Notes under the pieces: model-generated
What the model was told of the DNA's origin: nothing
Database searches by the model: none
Seen by the model: only the letters and a program-made list of their open reading frames with translations
Source of the DNA: Aestuariivirga sp.
GTDB lineage: Bacteria > Pseudomonadota > Alphaproteobacteria > Rhizobiales > Aestuariivirgaceae
Direction of reading: 5' to 3'
DNA: 64,000 nt
Assembly: GCA_043744395.1 (NCBI GenBank)
Contig: JAYTUV010000055.1
Coordinates: 62,247 to 126,246, forward strand
Translations under genes and position numbers: made by a program
Shown here: positions 18,085-28,202 of the stretch, piece by piece
How positions within the stretch are numbered: position 1 is the first letter of the stretch
How the letters are laid out: every line of letters begins with the position of its first letter

Positions 18085-19008
18085 TCATCGCGGGGCCGCC
18101 GCGCGTTTCAGGCGATCATTTATAGCCTCGCCTAAACCACTCATCGGGATTGGAGCCACGGCAATGCGTGTCGGCTTAGTCGCGTCCAACTCATGCAACA
18201 TGCGAAATAGATTTGCAGCAGCTTCAACCACATCACTCGATGACGAAAGATTATGCGCACTCTCAAATTTTCCAAATCCCAAATAAGCTTCTCCATTCAA
18301 CGGAGCCTCAGCATTCAACCGCATCGCTGCATGCGGCGCATAATGACTTTCCATTTGCCCCGGCGAATGCATCACGCCACCAATCGCATCAAGCATTCTA
18401 ATCCCTAGAGCATCTTCAATAACCTCACGCGCCAATCCACCGGGCCGAAGCAACGTCGTTTTACCATCAAGAAAACTCACAACAGTTGACTCAACTCCAA
18501 CCGCACACGGCCCACCATCAAGCACTATCGAAACTTTATCTCCCAAACCATCCCGCACATGCTGCGCCGTTGTTGGACTAATACGCCCCGATGGATTGGC
18601 CGACGGTGCAACTACGGCTTTCCCCACCGCTCGCAGCAATTCCAACGCAACTACATGCTGTGGAACACGTATGGCCAGCGAAGGCAAACCCGCAGAAGCG
18701 AGTAAAGAAACATTGCAAGTGCTCCAGCGCGGAACCACAAGCGTCAAAGGCCCCGGCCAGAACCGTGCGGCAAGTTTCAATGCATCAGCCGAAAACTCAC
18801 CCAGCGCAAAAGCCGCTTCAACATCAGGTACATGCGAAATCAATGGATTAAACGTCGGCCGCCCCTTGGCTGCATAAATCTGCGCCACGGCTTTATCATC
18901 GGTTGCCAAAGCCCCAAGCCCATAAACCGTCTCGGTTGGAAACGCCACCAACTGCCCGCCCAAAAGTAGGTCGGCGGCTTTTGAAATATCTTGGGCGCTG
19001 ATCATCAA
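18085..19008 (-). CDS. tsaC: L-threonylcarbamoyladenylate synthase (Sua5/YwlC/TsaC long form)
   Basis: 'VAFPTETVYGLGA', 'KGRPTFNPLISHV', 'PSANPSGRISPT', plus a C-terminal Sua5 domain. Confidence 0.9.
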   Translation of the reverse strand: MMISAQDISKAADLLLGGQLVAFPTETVYGLGALATDDKAVAQIYAAKGRPTFNPLISHVPDVEAAFALGEFSADALKLAARFWPGPLTLVVPRWSTCNVSLLASAGLPSLAIRVPQHVVALELLRAVGKAVVAPSANPSGRISPTTAQHVRDGLGDKVSIVLDGGPCAVGVESTVVSFLDGKTTLLRPGGLAREVIEDALGIRMLDAIGGVMHSPGQMESHYAPHAAMRLNAEAPLNGEAYLGFGKFESAHNLSSSSDVVEAAANLFRMLHELDATKPTRIAVAPIPMSGLGEAINDRLKRAAAPR

Positions 19009-19050
19009 AGCCCTATAGCATCACATAAAATTTTCGGCTACCCAGCACCC

Positions 19051-20025
19051 ATGTCAACTTTTGTTTTCTCTCATCCCGCCAGCATGGCCCATGTGACCCC
19101 CGACGGCCACCCCGAGCGGATCGACCGCATCCGTGCAGTCCATGATGTTTTGCGCTCGCCGCATTTCAAATCCATTGTCAATCGCGAAGCGCCTTTGGGT
19201 AGCGCTGAAGACATCATCCGCTGCCACACAGAAGAACATTATCAGCGCATCTTAAGCGCGGCCCCCGAAGAGGGGTTCGAATATCTGGACTCTGACACTG
19301 TGATGTCGCCCGGAACTTTGCCAGCCGTGCTCCGCGCCGTGGGTGGCGCAACCGCGGCTGTTGATGCCGTATTCAAGGGCGAAGCACAAAATGCTTTTCT
19401 CGCCATGCGCCCACCAGGTCACCATGCCGAACATAACCGCGCCATGGGGTTTTGCTTTTTCAACCATGCCGCGATTGCCGCTTTTTACGCCCGTGCAAAA
19501 TATGATGCGACGCGCGTGGCGGTGATCGATTTTGACGTGCACCATGGCAACGGCACGCAAGATATTTTCTGGTCAGACAAAGACATGTTTTATGGCTCCA
19601 CCCACCAAATGCCACTTTATCCCGGCTCGGGCGCAGTGAGCGAAACAGGCGTGGGCAACATTTTTAACGCGCCTCTGCGAGCCGGTGACGGCGGCCCGCA
19701 ATTTCGGGAGGCCATGACCAATAAAATCTTGACGAACCTCAATGCCTTCGAACCCGACCTTGTAATTATCAGCGCTGGTTTTGATGCCCATGTGCGCGAT
19801 CCACTGGGCAGTTTGGAATTGGTCGAAGAAGATTTTGCTTGGGCCACCTTACAATTGATGGAAATTGCTCAAACCCATTGCGAAGGCCGCGTTGTTTCCA
19901 TCCTCGAAGGCGGCTATGATTTGCAAGGGTTAGCTGGTGGCGTGGGTGCGCATCTGGCAGCCCTCATGCATGGCTCGGCCATCATGGGCGATCAAGATGA
20001 ATATGAACAAGACGAGGAAGACTAA
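19051..20025 (+). CDS. histone deacetylase-family (acetoin utilisation / acetylpolyamine amidohydrolase-like) protein
   Basis: 'RPPGHHAE', '[11 protein letters not shown]', 'LEGGYD'. The MSTFVF start at 19051 avoids overlap with divergent tsaC. Confidence 0.88.
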   Translation: MSTFVFSHPASMAHVTPDGHPERIDRIRAVHDVLRSPHFKSIVNREAPLGSAEDIIRCHTEEHYQRILSAAPEEGFEYLDSDTVMSPGTLPAVLRAVGGATAAVDAVFKGEAQNAFLAMRPPGHHAEHNRAMGFCFFNHAAIAAFYARAKYDATRVAVIDFDVHHGNGTQDIFWSDKDMFYGSTHQMPLYPGSGAVSETGVGNIFNAPLRAGDGGPQFREAMTNKILTNLNAFEPDLVIISAGFDAHVRDPLGSLELVEEDFAWATLQLMEIAQTHCEGRVVSILEGGYDLQGLAGGVGAHLAALMHGSAIMGDQDEYEQDEED

Positions 20026-20027
20026 AC

Positions 20028-20273
20028 ATGGCTGAAGAAGCAGAAATTAAATCCTTGTCATTCGAAAAAGCCTTGGCCTTGTTGGAAGAGATCGTAGCCA
20101 AACTTGAATCAGGGCGTGTTGATTTGGAAGAATCAATCAAGATCTATGAGCGCGGAGAAGCGTTGCGCAAACATTGCGAAACCAAATTGGCTGAAGCCGA
20201 AGCTCGCATTGAAAAAATCACCCTTGGTGCCAACGGCAAGCCAACAGGCACAACTCCACTGGACGTCGATTGA
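20028..20273 (+). CDS. xseB: exodeoxyribonuclease VII small subunit
   Basis: 81 aa, '[39 protein letters not shown]'. Confidence 0.9.
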   Translation: MAEEAEIKSLSFEKALALLEEIVAKLESGRVDLEESIKIYERGEALRKHCETKLAEAEARIEKITLGANGKPTGTTPLDVD

Positions 20274-20995
20274 TCCGCCAACGTTTAGATGAAGCCTTGG
20301 TTGCGCGAATGCTCTATCCAAGCAGAGCGAGGTCACGCGATGCAATTTTGCGCGGTCTAGTTCAAGTGGACGGGGAACCCGCGCGCAAACCATCGCAAAT
20401 GGTTTTGAGCGAAGCCAAGCTGACCATCACCGACGAAGGCAGCCAATATGTGTCTCGCGCGGCCTTGAAACTTGTTCACGCGCTCGATCATTTTAAGATC
20501 GAAATTGAAGGCCGCGAATGCCTAGACATCGGCGCATCCACTGGCGGTTTCACCGAAGTGCTGTTGGAACGCGGCGCTAAACATGTCTTCGCCATAGATG
20601 TGGGCCACAGCCAAATGATGCTACGCGATGACCGGATAACTTTGCATGAAGGCCTGAACGCGCGTGATTTAGAAGCCGAGTATATCTCCGAAGATGTGTC
20701 GTTGATTACTTGTGATGTGAGCTTCATTCCGCTTCATATCGCACTGCCACCTGCTTTGAACTTGGTGAAACCTGGTGCTCAAATCATAGCACTCATCAAG
20801 CCACAATTTGAAGTGGGTAAAGATGGCGTTGGCAAGGGCGGGCTGGTGAAAGATAAAAACGCCTATGAACGCGTGAACGAAGAAGTATCCGTTTTTCTGA
20901 GCACCAGCGGATGGTCCGTACACGGAATAATTCCGTCACCATTCGAAGGCGGCGATGGGAATGCAGAATTTTTGATTGCCGCCCAAAAGCTATGA
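20270..20995 (+). CDS. tlyA: TlyA-family rRNA (cytidine-2'-O)-methyltransferase
   Basis: S4-like N-terminus '[31 protein letters not shown]'. SAM motif '[16 protein letters not shown]'. TTG start overlaps the xseB stop. Confidence 0.88.
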   Translation: MIRQRLDEALVARMLYPSRARSRDAILRGLVQVDGEPARKPSQMVLSEAKLTITDEGSQYVSRAALKLVHALDHFKIEIEGRECLDIGASTGGFTEVLLERGAKHVFAIDVGHSQMMLRDDRITLHEGLNARDLEAEYISEDVSLITCDVSFIPLHIALPPALNLVKPGAQIIALIKPQFEVGKDGVGKGGLVKDKNAYERVNEEVSVFLSTSGWSVHGIIPSPFEGGDGNAEFLIAAQKL

Positions 20996-23059
20996 ATTAA
21001 GAGCTTTAACCTTCAATCGATAAGCGTGAAGCAGAGGCTCGGTATAGCCATTGGGCTGAGCATCACCTTTAAAAATCAAGTCGCAAGCCGCCTGAAAAGC
21101 CAAGGAGTTGTCAAAATTATCAGCCATCGGACAATAGAGCGCATCACCCGCATTCTGCGTATCTACCACTTTCGCCATACGTTTTAGAGTTTCCAAAATT
21201 TGAGCCTTTGTGCAAACGCCATGCTTCAACCAGTTCGCAATGTGTTGCGATGATATGCGTAGCGTCGCACGGTCTTCCATCAATCCCACATTGTTGATGT
21301 CTGGCACTTTGGAACAGCCCACACCTTGGTCAACCCAGCGAACAACATAACCAAGCAAACCCTGAGCGTTATTATCAAGTTCCTTTTGAATATCGTCAGA
21401 GCTCCAATTGGGCCGCTGTACCACTGGCACTGACAAAATATCATCTAACTTAGCACGCGGGCGTTTGCGCAATGTCTCCTGAACCGAACTGACCAACACC
21501 TGATGATAATGCGTGGCATGCAATGTGGCCGCTGTGGGCGAGGGCACCCAAGCAGTGTTCGCACCCGCCTTAGGATGCGCGATCTTCTGCTCCATCATCG
21601 CGGCCATTCTATCCGGCATGGCCCACATGCCCTTGCCGATTTGCGCTTTGCCGGGCAGATGGCAGGCCAAACCAGTGTCAACATTCCAGTTTTCATAGGC
21701 CCCGATCCAAGTGGCTGATTTCATATCGCCCTTGCGAAGCATTGGCCCCAAATTCATCGACGTATGAATTTCATCACCCGTGCGATCCAAGAAACCCGTA
21801 TTGATAAACACCACACGTTCTTTGGCGGCGCGAATACATTCTTTTAGATTGATCGTGGTGCGCCGCTCTTCATCCATAATGCCGATTTTCAATGTGTTCG
21901 GCTCCATGCCCAAAGCCTGCTCAACACGCGAGAAGATCTTGCAAGCAAATGCCACTTCATCCGGGCCATGCATTTTCGGCTTCACAATATAAACTGAACC
22001 ATGACGTGAATTCATGCCTTTATCATGCAGCGCGATCAATCCAGTAATCATCGCATCCATAATGCCTTCAGGTACTTCATAGGCTTGAGAATCTATAATC
22101 GCCGGATTAGTCATCAGATGACCAACATTACGAATCAACATCAACGATCGTCCGTGAAGTGAGAAAGGCTTTCCGTCCTGCCCGATATATTGCCTGTCAG
22201 GATTTAGTTTGCGCTCAAAGGTCTTTCCATTTTTTGTAATGTTCTCAGCCAAATCACCATTCATCAGCCCAAGCCAATTGCGGTAACCCAAAACTTTATC
22301 TTCAGCATCAACCGCCGCGACAGAATCTTCGAAATCCATAATGGTGGTCAGGGCAGACTCTAAAATCACATCGGCTATGCCGGAGACATTAAATTTCACT
22401 TCAACATGCAAGCCATTGTGTTTCAGTAAAATAGATTCCGGTTGAGACATCGAACCCGTGTGTCCAACGCATAGTGTGTCATCAGCCAAGGCGAATGACT
22501 TTGAACTAGCGTTGGCCCAACTTCCATTTTTCAGTGGCATAGCTTGGTTTAAAAATTCAATCGCCCAAGCCGTAACAGCAGCACCCCGCATCGGGTCAAA
22601 AGGCCCCTTATTACTATCAACAGAAATCACGTCCGTTCCATAGAGTGCATCAAATAATGAACCCCAGCGCGCATTGGCTGCATTCAAAGCAAAACGGGCG
22701 TTATTGATGGGCACCACCAATTGTGGCCCAGCTAGCGAAGCAATTTCTTCATCCACATTCTGTGTGGTAATTTCAAAGTCGGGGCCTTCATCGCGAAGAT
22801 AGCCGATGGACTTTAGAAATGATTTATATGCCGTCAAATCAAACTGCGAAGCATGCTCTGAATTCCATGTATCAATCTTGCTCTGCAATTCATCACGAAT
22901 TTTCAGCAATGCCCGATTTTCCGGAGCGAGATCATGAATAATATTTGCAAATGCTTTCCAAAAATGATCTTCCGAAACACCAGTTCCCACTAGCGCCTCA
23001 TTGGTTATGAAATCTGCCAATTCAGTCGCAATTTTCAATCCATGGTTTTCGGGCATCAT
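20990..23059 (-). CDS. glcB: malate synthase G
   Basis: '[20 protein letters not shown]', '[14 protein letters not shown]', '[11 protein letters not shown]', '[18 protein letters not shown]'. ATG 23059 has AAGGA 6 nt upstream. TTG at 23077 is an alternative start. Confidence 0.92.
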   Translation of the reverse strand: MMPENHGLKIATELADFITNEALVGTGVSEDHFWKAFANIIHDLAPENRALLKIRDELQSKIDTWNSEHASQFDLTAYKSFLKSIGYLRDEGPDFEITTQNVDEEIASLAGPQLVVPINNARFALNAANARWGSLFDALYGTDVISVDSNKGPFDPMRGAAVTAWAIEFLNQAMPLKNGSWANASSKSFALADDTLCVGHTGSMSQPESILLKHNGLHVEVKFNVSGIADVILESALTTIMDFEDSVAAVDAEDKVLGYRNWLGLMNGDLAENITKNGKTFERKLNPDRQYIGQDGKPFSLHGRSLMLIRNVGHLMTNPAIIDSQAYEVPEGIMDAMITGLIALHDKGMNSRHGSVYIVKPKMHGPDEVAFACKIFSRVEQALGMEPNTLKIGIMDEERRTTINLKECIRAAKERVVFINTGFLDRTGDEIHTSMNLGPMLRKGDMKSATWIGAYENWNVDTGLACHLPGKAQIGKGMWAMPDRMAAMMEQKIAHPKAGANTAWVPSPTAATLHATHYHQVLVSSVQETLRKRPRAKLDDILSVPVVQRPNWSSDDIQKELDNNAQGLLGYVVRWVDQGVGCSKVPDINNVGLMEDRATLRISSQHIANWLKHGVCTKAQILETLKRMAKVVDTQNAGDALYCPMADNFDNSLAFQAACDLIFKGDAQPNGYTEPLLHAYRLKVKALNS

Positions 23060-23174
23060 TCCAAGTCCTTGCTGCAATCAAAACAATAAGCAGCTTTTAC
23101 CTCCGTTTCAATAGTGGTTTTACTATTGACCAACGACCGGAGCAGAATTAACCTTAGCCTGACGAGGATTTCCA

Positions 23175-24749
23175 ATGAATTTTGATTATATCATCGTCGG
23201 TGGCGGCTCAGCAGGCTGCGTACTGGCGGGTCGGCTGAGTGAGAATTCAGATGTAACCGTTTTGTTACTTGAAGCAGGCGGTTCTGATCGCAACATTTTG
23301 TTTCATTGGCCAGCGGGCTTTGCAAAAATGACCAAAGGCATAGCATCTTGGGGCTGGTCAACCGTTCCCCAAAAGCACTTGCAAAACCGAGTGCTGCGTT
23401 TCACGCAAGTCAAGGTGATCGGCGGCGGATCATCAATTAACGCGCAGCTCTATAACCGCGGCAATGCTTTGGACTTCAACGAGTGGCGACAACTCGGATG
23501 CGAAGGTTGGAGTTATGAAGACGTGCTGCCTTACTTCAAAAGCTCGGAAGATTTTGAACGAGGTGCCGATCAGTTTCATAGTAAAGGGGGTCCATTGGGC
23601 GTGTCCGACCCGCGCTCCTCACTGCCAATTTGCGAAGCCTTCTTCGCAGCAGCTGGCGAACTCGGCATTCCACGCAATTATGATTTCAACGGCGCGTCGC
23701 AAGACGGTGTTGGCTATTATCAACTCACTCAAAAGAACGCACGCCGTTCGTCGACGGTAACGGCGTTTCTCGATCCGGCGCGCGGTCGCAGCAATCTCAG
23801 CGTCAGACAAAATGCAATCGTCCGTAGGCTGATGATTGAAAACCATCGCACCATTGGTGTCGAGTTATTGGACGGCCAAATATTTAGTGCAGATCGAGAA
23901 GTGATCTTAACATCTGGTGCAATTGGTTCGCCCAAATTATTGATGCAATCAGGCATTGGTCCCGCCGATCACCTTCAATCCGTCGGCATTAAAACATTAC
24001 ACGATTTGCCTGGTGTCGGTTCAAATTTTCAAGACCATCTCGATCTCTTTGTTATTAGTGAATGCACAGGCGATCACACCTATGACAAATACGGCAAGCC
24101 CCATTGGGCCGCCCTCGCTGGCCTCCAATATATTCTCACAAAAACCGGCCCCGTCGCATCGAGCCTCTTTAGCCAAGGCGGCTTTTGGTATGCAGATGAA
24201 AACGCAAGATCGGCCGATATTCAATTCCACTTCGGCTTGGGCTCCGGCATTGAAGCAGGTGTGGCCAAAATGAAAAATGCAGGTGCCACGCTGAACTCAG
24301 CCTATATGCGTCCGCGTTCGCGCGGCACAGTGCGCCTTGCCTCTGATGATCAAAATGCGGCCCCTCTGATTGATCCGAATTATTGGGCCGACCCCTATGA
24401 CAAGGAAATGTCGATCAGAGGATTGCGAATGGCGCGTGAAATCATGAATCAGAATGCTCTCAAGTCGTTTATCAAATCCGAAAATCTGCCCGGCGCAAAT
24501 TTGAAAACAGATGAAGAACTCTTCAATTATGCCTGCGCCAATGCCAAGACCGATCATCACCCCGCAGGCACATGCAAAATGGGCCATGATAAAATGTCGG
24601 TGGTCACTCCGAATTTGAAATTGCACGGGTTGGCTGGTTTGCGCATTTGCGACGCCTCGATCATGCCGTCCATTGTAACAGGCAACACCAACGCCGCCAC
24701 CATTATGATCGCTGAAAAAGCAGCAGACATGATCAAAGCGTCAAACTGA
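23175..24749 (+). CDS. GMC-family FAD oxidoreductase (choline dehydrogenase-like), paralog 1
   Basis: 'DYIIVGGGSAGCVLAGRLSE', 'GGGSSINAQLY', C-terminal 'HPAGTCKMG' and 'NTNAATIMIAEKAADMI'. Confidence 0.9.
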   Translation: MNFDYIIVGGGSAGCVLAGRLSENSDVTVLLLEAGGSDRNILFHWPAGFAKMTKGIASWGWSTVPQKHLQNRVLRFTQVKVIGGGSSINAQLYNRGNALDFNEWRQLGCEGWSYEDVLPYFKSSEDFERGADQFHSKGGPLGVSDPRSSLPICEAFFAAAGELGIPRNYDFNGASQDGVGYYQLTQKNARRSSTVTAFLDPARGRSNLSVRQNAIVRRLMIENHRTIGVELLDGQIFSADREVILTSGAIGSPKLLMQSGIGPADHLQSVGIKTLHDLPGVGSNFQDHLDLFVISECTGDHTYDKYGKPHWAALAGLQYILTKTGPVASSLFSQGGFWYADENARSADIQFHFGLGSGIEAGVAKMKNAGATLNSAYMRPRSRGTVRLASDDQNAAPLIDPNYWADPYDKEMSIRGLRMAREIMNQNALKSFIKSENLPGANLKTDEELFNYACANAKTDHHPAGTCKMGHDKMSVVTPNLKLHGLAGLRICDASIMPSIVTGNTNAATIMIAEKAADMIKASN

Positions 24750-25580
24750 AGTTTTGATGCGCTCTGCAATCACTTTCAAAGTTTCATCCATCGGTCTTTT
24801 CCACCAATTGTTAATGGAGAAAATTTCAGTCTCAACCAAACCTTGATAACCCGCCGCTTCTACCATCGCGCGGATCGATTTTATATCAATCACCCCATCG
24901 CCCATCATGCCGCGATCATTTAAGATGTCAGTGGTCGGGTTCAGCCAGTCTGAAACATGAAATCCAAAAATGCGTTTGGATTTCCCCGCGCGTTCAATAT
25001 CGCGCCTCAGATTAGCGCTCCACCAGAGATGATATGCGTCGACAAAAATTCCAAGTTGAGGTTCACCAACTTCGCCCTCGATTGCATCGCATATATCCAA
25101 CGCTTCTTCGGCAAGCGTGATGCAGCTTCGATCTGCCGCGTAGACTGGGTGCAAAGGTTCAAGCGCTAACTTTACATTTAATTTTTTTGCATGCTCCAAC
25201 AATATAGCAACGCCCTCGCTAACTTGCGCGCGTGCTAAAGTTAAATCTCGCAATGTTCCGACCACCATCACAAATGATTGCGCACCGAGTTCGGCGGCAT
25301 CATCAAGTGCTCGCTTGTTGTCGGCAATGTTCGCTACAAATTCCGCGCGACTATTGGCAGGAATATATGTACTGCGGCAATAGCCTGTGACTTTCAAACC
25401 GGAATCGCGAATTTGTTTTGCCACAACATTAAGATTTTGTCCTTTCATCTCGCGTCGCCATGCCGCTATGCCAGCAAATCCATGTCTGGCAATCGCTTCG
25501 ATCACCTCACCAATCGGCGCTTGAAAGCCAAACGTAGCAGTATTGATTGCGCAGTCTTGTGGTTGAAGAACACGCATCAC
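24741..25580 (-). CDS. sugar phosphate isomerase/epimerase (xylose isomerase-like TIM barrel)
   Basis: 279 aa. The pattern resembles AP_endonuc_2/TIM-barrel proteins ('ALEPLHP', 'GIFVDAYHLWW', 'GFHVSDW'). Last gene of the TetR-led operon. Confidence 0.7.
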   Translation of the reverse strand: MMRVLQPQDCAINTATFGFQAPIGEVIEAIARHGFAGIAAWRREMKGQNLNVVAKQIRDSGLKVTGYCRSTYIPANSRAEFVANIADNKRALDDAAELGAQSFVMVVGTLRDLTLARAQVSEGVAILLEHAKKLNVKLALEPLHPVYAADRSCITLAEEALDICDAIEGEVGEPQLGIFVDAYHLWWSANLRRDIERAGKSKRIFGFHVSDWLNPTTDILNDRGMMGDGVIDIKSIRAMVEAAGYQGLVETEIFSINNWWKRPMDETLKVIAERIKTSV

Positions 25581-26713
25581 ACACCAAAGATCGCAAGAAG
25601 TTGTTTCATGCGTTGAACAGCCAAATCAGGTTTGCGCAAAAGGCCAGCAGCATCAGCAAGTTTAAAAATATCAACAAAATGCAAAAGTGACCGAGCAGAT
25701 TGGGCGCCATTTATCATGATGAAATGATCTTGATGGCCATTCAACCAAGCCAAGAAAACGATGCCCGTTTTATAAAACTGTGTCGGTGAACAGAAGATCA
25801 AACGGGAAAGAGGAACAGTCGGAGCAAGAACCGAATGAAATTTTATAAGATCATTTTTGGCCAACGCGCTTAATGCAATTGCCGCAGCAGGTGCAATTGC
25901 ATCGAAAATTCCAAGCAGTGCATGCGAATATCCGTAGGTGTCTCCCGCGATCAGCTCCGCATAATTGAAGTCATCACCTGTGTACATTTTGATGGATGCT
26001 GGCAATCGTCGCCTCATTTCAATTTCTTTTTCTGCATCAAGCAAAGAAATTTTTATACCATCAATTTTGGAAATATTTTGGTTGATCATCGCAAGGCAGG
26101 TTTCCATCGCAGGCAAAAAACTATCCGTGGCCCAATAACCTTTAAGTGCTGGGTCAAACATCGGCCCCAACCAATGCAAAACAACTGGATGATCAGCCTC
26201 GCGCAGAATCGCAGAATAGACTTTGATATAATCTTCCGGTGTTTTCCCAGCACGAACCAAAGTGCGGCTGGCCATCAGAATGACCCGCCCGCCGAGTTTT
26301 TGAATAGCATGAAGCTGCATCAAATAAGCGCGGATCACGTCATCGAGCGAATGTGCATCCGAAAGATTCAAATGATCAGTTCCGCAGCCAGAATAGATCA
26401 ATTTGGATTTTTCTGGTCCTGCGTCGTCGATCGAACGATGGATTAACTCCAAAGCATCTGGCCAGTCTAAGCCCATGCCGCGCTGCGAGGTGTCCATCGC
26501 TTCGGCAATTCCAAAGCCCAAATTCAAAAGATAGCGGCGGTGAGCGATCGTGCCTTTCCAATCAATGCCACCGTTCATGGGATCAGCCACCACATGAGCC
26601 GCCGCAAAGGCAACACGGTTAAATGCCTTCGCCGGCTTGCGGGCCACGAGGGGTTCGCCAATTAAAATGTAGGGAGCAGATTTCCGGTTTGCGGATGGCA
26701 ACAAAATTTTCAT
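25577..26713 (-). CDS. DUF993-like / dihydrodipicolinate synthase-like TIM-barrel protein
   Basis: 'RVAFAAAHVVADP...IDWKGTIAHRRYLLNLGFGIAEAMDTSQRGMGLDW' matches my recollection of the DUF993 family. Overlapping stop/start with both neighbours. Confidence 0.55.
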   Translation of the reverse strand: MKILLPSANRKSAPYILIGEPLVARKPAKAFNRVAFAAAHVVADPMNGGIDWKGTIAHRRYLLNLGFGIAEAMDTSQRGMGLDWPDALELIHRSIDDAGPEKSKLIYSGCGTDHLNLSDAHSLDDVIRAYLMQLHAIQKLGGRVILMASRTLVRAGKTPEDYIKVYSAILREADHPVVLHWLGPMFDPALKGYWATDSFLPAMETCLAMINQNISKIDGIKISLLDAEKEIEMRRRLPASIKMYTGDDFNYAELIAGDTYGYSHALLGIFDAIAPAAAIALSALAKNDLIKFHSVLAPTVPLSRLIFCSPTQFYKTGIVFLAWLNGHQDHFIMINGAQSARSLLHFVDIFKLADAAGLLRKPDLAVQRMKQLLAIFGV

Positions 26714-26714
26714 T

Positions 26715-27476
26715 TCAATATCTCACCGTCAACAATCCGCCATCTACCTGAATGGCTTGGCCAACCGTGTAAGGCAACAAACCTTGCGCCATTGTTGAAG
26801 CAACCCGCCCGACGTCAGCAGGCTGGCCGAATCGTCTGATCACGGTCAAACCTTCGTCAATCATTTTATCGTACTTAGCTTTTGCAGGCGCGGTCATATC
26901 GGTTTCAATAAAGCCTGGCTGAATTTCATAAACACCAATGCCTTCATCTGAAAGCCGCGCGGCAAAGAGCTTCGACGTCATCGAAACCGCCGCCTTTGAA
27001 ATGCAATATTCCCCACGTGAAATCGAAACAGCGGTGGCATTGCAAGATGATACATTAATGATGGAACGGTGTTTGGCTTTCTGCGTTTGCATCAACAGGC
27101 GTTTTGCAAATGCTTGCGATAGAAAAAATGTGCCTCTCGTGTTTATGTCCATACAGCGATTGTAACTTGCCAGTGAAACGTCCAACAGGTCACCACGATT
27201 AAGAACTGAAACCCCAGCATTATTGACCAGTGTCGATAACGGCTCGATCATTTCTGCTTCATCAAGCATGGACATATGCGACTCTAAATTTGAAATATCT
27301 CCGATTACTGCAATTGACTTTCGCCCTAATGATTTGATCTCTGAAACGACAGCATCGACTTCAGCGGAAGCCGCAACATCATTGACCACAACATCAAAGC
27401 CATCTTGCGCCAGCGCCAGTGCAATGGCTTTACCGATGCCGCGTGCCGCGCCAGTTACGAGGGCATTGCCATTCAT
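26715..27476 (-). CDS. SDR-family oxidoreductase
   Basis: 'VTGAARGIGKAIA' (TGxxxGIG), 'NNAG', 'YCISKAAV' (YxxxK). Confidence 0.9.
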   Translation of the reverse strand: MNGNALVTGAARGIGKAIALALAQDGFDVVVNDVAASAEVDAVVSEIKSLGRKSIAVIGDISNLESHMSMLDEAEMIEPLSTLVNNAGVSVLNRGDLLDVSLASYNRCMDINTRGTFFLSQAFAKRLLMQTQKAKHRSIINVSSCNATAVSISRGEYCISKAAVSMTSKLFAARLSDEGIGVYEIQPGFIETDMTAPAKAKYDKMIDEGLTVIRRFGQPADVGRVASTMAQGLLPYTVGQAIQVDGGLLTVRY

Positions 27477-28138
27477 GATTCAGTTTCCAATCTACGCAAG
27501 GTTTCAGGTGTGCACACAATGCGCAGCACCGTTTGAATATTAAAAGCCAATCGATCCTTCAGCGCTTTTGCCGACATCAAATCGCGTTCAAAAACAATTG
27601 AGCCCGTATAGCGGTTGGTGAGATAGTGATAAGCAATAGCAGCAACCGAAATTTGCATTTGCACAGCATCTAAATTTTTATGGAATAATCCAGCAATTGC
27701 GCCGCGATCCAGCAGCGCCTGCATACGACCAACAAAGTTGCGGCTCATCTCTAGAATCCGCTTGGAGCTCTTAATATGTTTTGCTTTGTGAAGATTTTCA
27801 GAATTCACCAATGTGATAAACTCTGGGTTTTCGAGAAAATAGTTCCAATTGAAGCTCACAAGCTTGCGCAAAGCAGTGATGGGTTCTTCATGGTCAAGTT
27901 CTAATGCCTTCTCGGCTTCGCGAAAATTTGCATAAGCCTCCTCAATAACCAGCTTGAACAAAGCTTCTTTGTTGCCAAAGTAATGATACATCATCCGCTT
28001 GTTAGATTTTGCTCTTGCCGCAATCACATCCACTCGCGCCCCGCCCAAGCCAGATTTGGCAAATTCCACCTTTGCGGCCGCCATAATGCGCCGCTTGGTT
28101 TCTTCTGGGTCTCTCAACTGTTTCTTGAATGCCACCAT
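27473..28138 (-). CDS. TetR/AcrR-family transcriptional regulator
   Basis: N-terminal HTH 'RIMAAAKVEFAKSGLGGARVDVIAARAKSNKRMMYHYFGNKEALF'. Confidence 0.9.
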   Translation of the reverse strand: MVAFKKQLRDPEETKRRIMAAAKVEFAKSGLGGARVDVIAARAKSNKRMMYHYFGNKEALFKLVIEEAYANFREAEKALELDHEEPITALRKLVSFNWNYFLENPEFITLVNSENLHKAKHIKSSKRILEMSRNFVGRMQALLDRGAIAGLFHKNLDAVQMQISVAAIAYHYLTNRYTGSIVFERDLMSAKALKDRLAFNIQTVLRIVCTPETLRRLETES

Positions 28139-28148
28139 TTGCCTCTTG

Positions 28149-28168
28149 AAATAACTAAATAGTTATTT
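28149..28168. promoter_or_regulatory. candidate TetR operator (20-bp palindrome) in a divergent promoter region
   Basis: 'aaataactaaatagttattt' has 9-bp perfect inverted arms around a 2-nt centre. It lies in the 64-bp gap between the TetR gene and the GMC/CoA-transferase operon. Confidence 0.6.
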
Positions 28169-28202
28169 ATGATTAGTCGAAGTCGGTTTTGAAGGCAAGA
28201 GC

